A stretch of DNA of 64,000 nt from a virus (Duplodnaviria; Caudoviricetes): positions 6,720 to 70,719 of IMG/VR virus record IMGVR_UViG_3300045391_003317. The stretch is one strand, 5' to 3'. The notes under the pieces are model-generated. The model made no database searches, was not told the origin of the DNA, and was given only the letters and a program-made list of their open reading frames with translations. The translations under genes and the position numbers were made by a program. This document shows, in pieces, positions 57,850 through 64,000 of the stretch. Within the stretch, counting starts at the first letter, position 1. Every line of letters starts with the position of its first letter.

Positions 57850-58308
57850 CTACTGAACCCGTACGGCTTTTTGGCGCACCCTGGAGCCCAGGCGGCCTTC
57901 CCACTTCTCCCAAACCGAGGCGAGGTCGAGGCAAACCTCCGGCGTCAGCGATGGCCAGTTCTCGGGAATCGGCGTGCGAAGGAGAACGGCCACGATCCAC
58001 GGCTTGATGTCGTATTGCTCCCTGGCGGCAGCGAGAGCCGCGGCAGAGTTAGGATCGCTGCCAATGGTTCGCATCCCCTCCGGTGGCTCGTCACCACTGA
58101 TCCCTATGTGTAGCGTCTTGCCCAGAACGCGCGCAATGTCGGCCGCTGTCGCGATGGAAATTTGGCGCGTTTTGCCACTTCGGATTTGCGAAACGGCAGA
58201 GCCGCTTATTCCGATGAGATCACCGGTCACGGCGCCGTTCTCTCCGTTCGCTTGGTAAATCTGCTCGAGCAGGTCGCGGACACGCCGAGCCGATTCCGCC
58301 GGCAGCAT
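57850..58308 (-). CDS. CI-like repressor (XRE HTH)
   Basis: GDLIGISGSAVSQIRSGKTRQISIATAADIARVLG; divergent from cro; ATG at 58308 preferred over 58413. Confidence 0.75.
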   Translation of the reverse strand: MLPAESARRVRDLLEQIYQANGENGAVTGDLIGISGSAVSQIRSGKTRQISIATAADIARVLGKTLHIGISGDEPPEGMRTIGSDPNSAAALAAAREQYDIKPWIVAVLLRTPIPENWPSLTPEVCLDLASVWEKWEGRLGSRVRQKAVRVQ

Positions 58309-58370
58309 GTTCGGGTTGCGCCCGGGTTGCTTTTTCGCCTTGGCCACCGAGGGGCACGGTAACCCGAGTG

Positions 58371-58409
58371 TAAGCGGGCTTGACAGATCGACGTGAGCAT
58401 GCTTAAGCT
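58371..58409 (+). promoter_or_regulatory. PR-like promoter with two operators
   Basis: TTGACA 58380-58385, 18 bp, TAAGCT 58404-58409; TAAGCGGGCTTG 58371-58382, TGAGCATGCTTA 58394-58405. Confidence 0.7.
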
Positions 58410-58415
58410 TCATCC

Positions 58416-58775
58416 GTGGCCCGAAATGAGATCGAGACTGAAGGCCGGGAGAGCCTCAAAAAATGGCTCGCCGGCAAAGAGCGTGGCGCGATGACCGCCC
58501 TGGCGGACCAACTCGGCGTGACCGTGCAGCTCATCAGCCAGTGGTGCGCCGGCACCTGTCGGCCTGGTCCGCTGTACTGGGACGCGATCGAGGTAGCGAC
58601 CGAGATTCGCCCGCACGAGTGGCAGACCGAAGAGGAACGCGAGCGCCGCCGAAAGGCGATGCGCGGCGCTGCCGAGGGGCGCGAATCGGAGCCGGCAAAT
58701 GACGATGACGAGCCGCCCGAGTCCGAGCCGCGTGCGAAGAACGCCGACGTCAGCAAGGCGCAGGGGGCTTCGTAG
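58416..58775 (+). CDS. Cro-like HTH protein
   Basis: MTALADQLGVTVQLISQWCAGTCRP. Confidence 0.8.
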   Translation: MARNEIETEGRESLKKWLAGKERGAMTALADQLGVTVQLISQWCAGTCRPGPLYWDAIEVATEIRPHEWQTEEERERRRKAMRGAAEGRESEPANDDDEPPESEPRAKNADVSKAQGAS

Positions 58776-58856
58776 ATGACTATTCGTGTTCCGCTCCGCG
58801 GCGGCGACGGCCATTCGGCAAAGGCAGCGTGAGATCAAAATGCTGAAAGGCGCATC

Positions 58857-59915
58857 GTGAGCGGCAATGAGGCACCGGAGGACAAAATCAACCGGCACCG
58901 CTCTGAGCGCAGAGATCAGGATCTCCAAGAACTTGTCCCGGTTTATTTTATGGAACGCGGCGACGGCAACACGCGCATCGGCAAGGGCGGCGACAGGCCC
59001 ACGATGTGGCTTCAGAACGGGTATTCGCTGCTTGCGATCATGCCCGGCGGCGAGCCGCTCGAGAAAGCGCTCCATCGATATTTCAGGCCGCACCGGCTCG
59101 ACTTTGGCACAAGCCATTATCCAACTAAAATTGTCCTTCCTTACTTGGAGGCCCTGTTGAAGAAGGGCTATGCGACAGATCGTGAGGAGGATGTTGGGCA
59201 TGTTCCGCATGTTCCGATCGATGTCGTCATGCCGGACGCGGTCATGTCCACGGTCGAGGCTCCGCAAGTTACAGGAGATCAGCTGCAGTTCCCGGAATGC
59301 GCGCGGCCTGCCATGCCATCGACGCCCCGGCAGAGGATCGCCGAAGCTGCCGCATATTATCTTCACAGCTCCAAATCTGATGAATGGTACACGCCGCTCA
59401 ATATCATTGAAGCTTCGCGGCGAGTTCTTGGTGCGATTGACCTGGATCCGGCCTCTTGCTGGAAAGCAAACCGACGCATCCGCGCAACCAACTACTACAG
59501 CGAAAACGTGTCCGGTCTTTCTCGTGCGCACCCGTGGCGCGGCCGCGTATGGATGAATCCTCCATACGGAGATCAGGGACCTCTCTTCGCCGCCCGCCTC
59601 GTCGATGAGTTCGTCGCCGGCAATGTAACCGCTGCATGCGCAATGTATTCGCTTACTCACGTAAGCGCGCTTTGGTTTCAGCCGGTCGCTAGAGTCTGTT
59701 GCGCCCTCGCGGTCACTAAAAGCCGAGTGCAATTCGACGTCGGAAGAGAAAATCAAATCAAAACAGGTACGGCGCCAGTGTCTGGACACGTGATCGTTTA
59801 TTTCGGTCAGCGCCTGGATCGGTTTTACAGCGAGTTCAATGAACTTTGCACCGTGTATCCAGGGCCATCGTCGATCGAATCTTTGATTTCTCGAACAACG
59901 GAGGCTGCCGAATAA
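58857..59915 (+). CDS. DNA N6-adenine methyltransferase (phage Dam-like) with N-terminal T5orf172/GIY-YIG-like domain
   Basis: SDEWYTP, IDLDPASC, VWMNPPY; N-terminal VYFMERG..TRIG..LLAIMPG..LEKALHRYF..HRL. Confidence 0.88.
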   Translation: MSGNEAPEDKINRHRSERRDQDLQELVPVYFMERGDGNTRIGKGGDRPTMWLQNGYSLLAIMPGGEPLEKALHRYFRPHRLDFGTSHYPTKIVLPYLEALLKKGYATDREEDVGHVPHVPIDVVMPDAVMSTVEAPQVTGDQLQFPECARPAMPSTPRQRIAEAAAYYLHSSKSDEWYTPLNIIEASRRVLGAIDLDPASCWKANRRIRATNYYSENVSGLSRAHPWRGRVWMNPPYGDQGPLFAARLVDEFVAGNVTAACAMYSLTHVSALWFQPVARVCCALAVTKSRVQFDVGRENQIKTGTAPVSGHVIVYFGQRLDRFYSEFNELCTVYPGPSSIESLISRTTEAAE

Positions 59916-60265
59916 TGGACGACGATCGCATCCGTGCCTTACGCGCCCAGTTGCAAGCGTTCCACGCCGAACGCGATATGCACAAATGCGATGCTCCATC
60001 TTTGGATGAACTCTGCGAACGCCGTGCCGCAAAAATCTACACGGTTGCTGTTCAAGCGTGCGGCGGTGTTCGGGCTACTGCGCGTCAGTCCGAATGCGCA
60101 CCGAAAACGGTTCGTGATCGCAAAAATAACGCGCGAGGTCTGTATCTAAAAGACGCGCTGAAGGTAGGGAAATCAGGCCTCTACGCACTCGCTGAAGAGA
60201 TCGTCCATTTCGCAGACGAACTGCAAAGCGACATGCCGCCGTCATCGAAAGGCGCCAATGATTAG
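59915..60265 (+). CDS. Putative HTH regulator (CII-like position)
   Basis: GGVRATARQSECAPKTVRDR; TAATG overlap. Confidence 0.5.
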   Translation: MDDDRIRALRAQLQAFHAERDMHKCDAPSLDELCERRAAKIYTVAVQACGGVRATARQSECAPKTVRDRKNNARGLYLKDALKVGKSGLYALAEEIVHFADELQSDMPPSSKGAND

Positions 60266-60389
60266 CGGCTGCACAGACGTAGCGGGGGCCCGCGTTGCCC
60301 CCGTGAAAAAAGATCGCAGTCATGCGCGATCATACTCTTCGTCCGTCACGTCAGTTCGCCGCGCACCTGAACAACTTTAGGGAGCACAA

Positions 60390-60680
60390 ATGGAAGCAGT
60401 CGAAAGCCTCACAGCACAGATTGATCGTCTAAACGATCAAATATCCGCACTCGAAAACGATAGGGATCGACTCGAACGCGAGGTCGAAGATCTCGAAAAA
60501 GAATGCGCGTCATACATGGCTCAAGCCGAGTCGGTCGATCGTGTCAAAATCCTCCACGACGGCATGCGCGAACTTGGCTTCGATCTCGGCGCAGAAGATG
60601 CGCCATACGCAGTGACAACGACGACGCATCGGATGCGCTTGGCCTCAGCACTAAGGCGAGCTGGTCATGAAGCGGAATGA
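60390..60680 (+). CDS. Coiled-coil hypothetical protein
   Basis: GGAG RBS. Confidence 0.6.
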   Translation: MEAVESLTAQIDRLNDQISALENDRDRLEREVEDLEKECASYMAQAESVDRVKILHDGMRELGFDLGAEDAPYAVTTTTHRMRLASALRRAGHEAE

Positions 60681-61695
60681 AATGCTTACGGCCGTGAAGC
60701 GCGTTTCCAGGGTAGCAAACGAAAAGACAACGCTTCCTGTCCTTGCGACTCTTCGCATCGGTGACGGTCAGATCGTAGGCAGCAATCTGCGCACGACCAT
60801 TGTTCACCCGTTCGCGTGCGACGTGTCAGCGTGCGTGTCTGCGCACAAGTTCGGCGCGTCTCTGGCGTCACTAGAAGGCGAAGACGTCAACCTGAAACCG
60901 ATCGATAGCGGCATCACCGTAAGCAACGGAAAACGTCGTCACTTCAAGATGCAAACGATGGCATTCGAAGAGTTCCCGTCGATTGACTCGGTTGACGGAA
61001 AAACGCACGACATCGATCCGGCTTGGTTTGCGCACGCGATTCGTTCCGTCCGCACGGCCGTATACAACCAAGCCGACCGACCCAACCAATGTGGCGTTGC
61101 GCTTTGCTTCGGCGACAAGCCTGGAGCTGCGGCAACGGACGGGAACCGGTGCCATATTCGCGGTCAGTTTTCGCGGGACAATGTCATCGTTTCGAACGAT
61201 TCGATTCCGGCAGTTATCGACTTACTAGAAGCAAGCGAAATGGTTCGCGTCACCGTCTCGACGACAAAAGTTTCTTTTGGAGGCATCTACACCGTAATCG
61301 CGGCTCGTGTGGACGGGATGTTCCCTCCTGTCGATAATATTATTCGCTACGCCGATTGTCCTTTCCACGGATCAATCAATCGAGAAGCTTTCGTGTCTGC
61401 TATCCAGGCGTGCGCTATCGCGTGCGGGACCGCGATGAACATCACGGCTCACTTTGCGCATGGCGAACTGTCTCTGCATGCGTTGAACTCCGATGATGCA
61501 ATGGAGTCGCACGATCACGTCGTGTGCGATTTCGACGACGAGACGGAGAACATAGGCTTCGGCGCCGATTACTTGTTGGACGCGGCAAAAGGAACCGAAG
61601 CGGAGACGCTGACTATCGACTGCGGCGGACCGCTGGATCCTCTCTATCTGCGTGCGGACGATTACGTCGCAGCAATCATGCCGAGGCGAATTTAA
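60667..61695 (+). CDS. dnaN: DNA polymerase III beta sliding clamp (phage-encoded, 342 aa)
   Basis: KTTLPVL, EEFP, AATDGNR, VDGMFPP, IGFGADYLLDA, AAIMPRRI. Confidence 0.9.
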   Translation: MKRNEMLTAVKRVSRVANEKTTLPVLATLRIGDGQIVGSNLRTTIVHPFACDVSACVSAHKFGASLASLEGEDVNLKPIDSGITVSNGKRRHFKMQTMAFEEFPSIDSVDGKTHDIDPAWFAHAIRSVRTAVYNQADRPNQCGVALCFGDKPGAAATDGNRCHIRGQFSRDNVIVSNDSIPAVIDLLEASEMVRVTVSTTKVSFGGIYTVIAARVDGMFPPVDNIIRYADCPFHGSINREAFVSAIQACAIACGTAMNITAHFAHGELSLHALNSDDAMESHDHVVCDFDDETENIGFGADYLLDAAKGTEAETLTIDCGGPLDPLYLRADDYVAAIMPRRI

Positions 61696-61795
61696 TGCAA
61701 AATTTTTTCGACTGCGCCCGGCCCTTCGACCATGGCTCTCCGCACCGTCGCGGCGGTCGTGCGCAGCGCACCGTTTCGGTGGGAGATGTTGCGCG

Positions 61796-62989
61796 ATGAC
61801 CCTTGCCGATCTCGTGTCCGCCGCGCTTCACAACGCCGTCTTCACTGGCATCATGGGCGGCTCACTGGTCGCCGGTCTGCTCTACTCGCTGAAGAGCATC
61901 CCAGGCGCGTTGTGGGAGTTTTTCCTGTGGCGGTTCACGTCGGAGCTACTCGTTTTCAACGAAGACCCGGCGTTCGAGGTTGTCTCAGACTGGCTCGCTT
62001 CGCTGAGGTACGCGCAGCAAGCGCGGCAACTCAGGCTCACGACGCAGAACGAGAACGAACTGAGGTTTTCGCCGGGAATCGGTAAACACCTGATTTGGCA
62101 CCGCGGACGACCCGTCGTTGTCTCGCGTTACGTACCGGACAAATCCGGTGCCGGCGGCAACAGCTGGAAGCGTCGCGAGGACATCCGCATTCAGACGATC
62201 GGCTCGACGCCGACGCTGATGCACGATCTGATTCAGCAGATCATGCAGGCTCGGAGTGGCGCGCGGCAGAGGCAGATCGAAGTGCACATGTTCTCGAGCT
62301 ACTGGCGCCATGCGTGCCGCCGAGATAAGCGCTCGCTCGAATCCGTCGTCATGCGAAGCGAGCAGCGCGATCGCATCGTGCGCGACATCCAAACGTTTCT
62401 CGGGTCGCGCGAATGGTACCGAACGCGCGGTGTACCGTATCGTCGCGGGCTTCTTTTCTACGGTCCGCCAGGGTGCGGCAAAACGAGCTTGGTCATTGCA
62501 CTGGCGAGCCATTTCTGTCGCCCTGTCTATGCTCTCAACCTCGGCAGCGTCACGAATGACGAGGCGCTGATTGAGGCGATTACGACAGTTCCCGAGTCGG
62601 CAATTCTCCTCATCGAGGACATCGACGCGGCACTAGCCCAAAAGAGAGCGCCGGTGCAGGCGTCGACTCCGGACAGTAAAGAAGAGCCGGCCGGCGTGAC
62701 GCTGAGTGCTCTCCTGAACGCAATCGACGGCGTGTTCTCGCGCGATGGGCGAATCCTCATCATGACGACGAATCATCCGGAGAAGCTCGACCCGGCACTG
62801 CGTCGCCCCGGTCGCGTCGATCGCGCGGAGCTCATCGGCGAAATCGAGCAGCAGGAAGTTGCGGCAATGTGCGAGCAGTTCGGCAACGCTTCGGCGCTTA
62901 GCCTCGTTCGCACTCCGATCGCGCCGGCTGAAGTGCAACGGATCTTGCTCGAACAGAGAAGCGAATACGTGCCGGAGGCTGCAGAATGA
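61796..62989 (+). CDS. BCS1-like membrane-anchored AAA+ ATPase
   Basis: N-terminal TM; FEVVSDWL..FSPGIGKHLIWHRG (BCS1_N-like); YRRGLLFYGPPGCGKT, IEDIDA, VTLSALLNAIDG, TTNH..LDPALRRPGRVD. Confidence 0.88.
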   Translation: MTLADLVSAALHNAVFTGIMGGSLVAGLLYSLKSIPGALWEFFLWRFTSELLVFNEDPAFEVVSDWLASLRYAQQARQLRLTTQNENELRFSPGIGKHLIWHRGRPVVVSRYVPDKSGAGGNSWKRREDIRIQTIGSTPTLMHDLIQQIMQARSGARQRQIEVHMFSSYWRHACRRDKRSLESVVMRSEQRDRIVRDIQTFLGSREWYRTRGVPYRRGLLFYGPPGCGKTSLVIALASHFCRPVYALNLGSVTNDEALIEAITTVPESAILLIEDIDAALAQKRAPVQASTPDSKEEPAGVTLSALLNAIDGVFSRDGRILIMTTNHPEKLDPALRRPGRVDRAELIGEIEQQEVAAMCEQFGNASALSLVRTPIAPAEVQRILLEQRSEYVPEAAE

Positions 62990-63189
62990 CCCGCAAGCTC
63001 CGCCCCTCTCTCGGCTTAGCCGCCGCCGTTCTCGGTGACGAGCTCGCTGCTCTCGGTGCTGCCGGCGAGACCGTTCGCGATCTGTTCGCCGACTACCGCG
63101 ACGGCGCAATCTACGTCGCGACAAATTCGTTGCACGAACACGGCATCGTCATCTTTGGCATGTCCGACAGCGAGGAGTCGGCGCGATGA
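62986..63189 (+). CDS. Small hypothetical protein
   Basis: ATGA overlap. Confidence 0.5.
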   Translation: MTRKLRPSLGLAAAVLGDELAALGAAGETVRDLFADYRDGAIYVATNSLHEHGIVIFGMSDSEESAR

Positions 63190-63283
63190 CACTCAGACTA
63201 CCAGCGCGAATATCGGGAGTCGCGCCCCGCTCGTCTGGTCCCGAACGAGACGGAATCGGGACAATTCTCTCGCGGAGGCTCTC

Positions 63284-64000
63284 TTGACCCAACAAATCCC
63301 AGAATACGTAACTCAAGACTACCTCAAACACCTCCACCTACGTTCCGGTGCCGGTTCCGGAAAAGAAGGCGATCGCTGCTCAATCCAAGAATACCGCGCG
63401 TGGCTGAATCTCGACCCGTCGAGTGACGAGATCCCTAAGACCGATAGCGAAGTCGTCGGCCGTTACATTATTGGCTTTCAGGACCGTCTCATCAATGCAG
63501 GCGCTTCAGACGAGCAAGTCTACGAGCTTGTGACGCGACATCTGCCCAAGCTCCACATGTCTGGACGCGGCAAGGCTCTCGAGTCGCGGCGCTCCTATCT
63601 GCTGACCGACATGATGGTGCGCGAATTGGCGCCGCTGTGGCTCGAGGCGCATCCGGGGCTAGCCTCTCATGCGGCGACACTTCGGGCGCTGCCGGAGATT
63701 GTTGACAAGCAGACCGCTGAAGCCGGGGTCGCCGCTCGTGACGCCGCGCGCTCTGCCGCATGGGATGCGCGTCGCAAGGCCTGTACGTCTCTCGAAACGC
63801 GCGTCCGCGAGGCGGTACTAGCGAAGCTGGGACCGTCGAGCTCCGCTGCCGTTGCCAATGCCGCTGCCGATGCCGCTGCCGATGCCGTTGCCGATGCCGT
63901 TGCCGTTGCCGATGCCGCTGCCGATGCCGCTGCCGCTGCCGATGCCGCTGCCGCTGCCGCTGCCGATGCCGCTGCCGATGCCGCTGCCGATGCCGATGCC
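63284..64000 (+). CDS. Ala-repeat phage protein, 3' partial (absent from the ORF track, no stop in window)
   Basis: GGAGG RBS, TTG start; open to the end: MTQQIPEYVTQDYLKHLHLRSGAG...AAWDARRK...AAADAAADAVAD. Confidence 0.8.
   Translation, partial: MTQQIPEYVTQDYLKHLHLRSGAGSGKEGDRCSIQEYRAWLNLDPSSDEIPKTDSEVVGRYIIGFQDRLINAGASDEQVYELVTRHLPKLHMSGRGKALESRRSYLLTDMMVRELAPLWLEAHPGLASHAATLRALPEIVDKQTAEAGVAARDAARSAAWDARRKACTSLETRVREAVLAKLGPSSSAAVANAAADAAADAVADAVAVADAAADAAAAADAAAAAAADAAADAAADADA
63843..64000 (+). repeat. (GCC-GNT)n hexamer tandem repeat
   Basis: GCCGAT/GCCGCT/GCCGTT units encoding Ala-(Asp/Ala/Val). Confidence 0.95.

Larger units (their letters stand above)
1..64000. mobile_element. Myovirus-type phage genome/prophage with temperate-style switch; near-complete, circularly permuted
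   Basis: Terminase-portal-capsid-sheath-tube-tape measure-baseplate-lysis order plus cI/cro, RecT/YqaJ and replication genes. No host genes or integrase seen. Confidence 0.95.

Noticed and set aside
58309-58413. Longer start for the CI-like ORF
   Set aside because: It would overlap the PR promoter and operators and leave 2 bp to cro
58410-60032. 540-aa minus-strand ORF
   Set aside because: Antisense shadow of cro and the methyltransferase; no motifs; expected in GC-rich DNA
61652-61795. N-terminal extension of the BCS1-like ORF
   Set aside because: Overlaps dnaN and is Arg/Cys-rich junk; ATG 61796 gives the expected TM start
1-64000. CRISPR array or cas genes
   Set aside because: All repeats found are in-frame coding repeats or short operators; there is no repeat-spacer pattern
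40980-64000. Diversity-generating retroelement acting on the repeat proteins
   Set aside because: No reverse transcriptase ORF and no TR/VR pair differing only at adenines in this window

Overview
The whole 64 kb window is bacteriophage DNA, about 60% GC by eye. It is a contractile-tailed (Mu-like baseplate) phage with a lambda-like cI/cro switch, and no host housekeeping genes are visible. Layout: 1-7.4 kb is the end of the early-right/replication operon (VRR-NUC nuclease, DnaA-CTD-like HTH, HNH-SF2 helicase plus a coupled partner, replication initiator with iterons, Q-like late regulator). 7.7-47.7 kb is the late operon: terminases, a portal split by a frameshift, a GT2-TPR-GT-C glycosyltransferase fusion inside the head module, scaffold, capsid, neck, sheath, tube, chaperone, tape measure, baseplate, fibre, a second appendage-like module with a long 35-aa-repeat protein, and lysis genes. 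47.9-57.8 kb is the early-left operon (YqaJ/RecT, an SSB-tail protein, HNH, many small ORFs). 57.8-58.8 kb is the genetic switch, with four TAAGC-NN-GCTTA operators and two apparently leaderless promoters. 58.9-64 kb starts the early-right operon (T5orf172-Dam fusion, beta clamp, BCS1-like AAA+ ATPase, Ala-repeat protein running off the end). Both window ends lie in the early-right operon, so this looks like most of a circularly permuted genome. No integrase, tRNA, CRISPR array or reverse transcriptase was found. A Myxococcota-like host is only an inference from lipoprotein style. All family calls come from motif recognition, not database searches. Best leads: the head-module glycosyltransferase fusion, the BCS1-like ATPase, the repeat-protein appendage module, the HNH-helicase cassette and a three-repeat non-PAAR spike-tip candidate.
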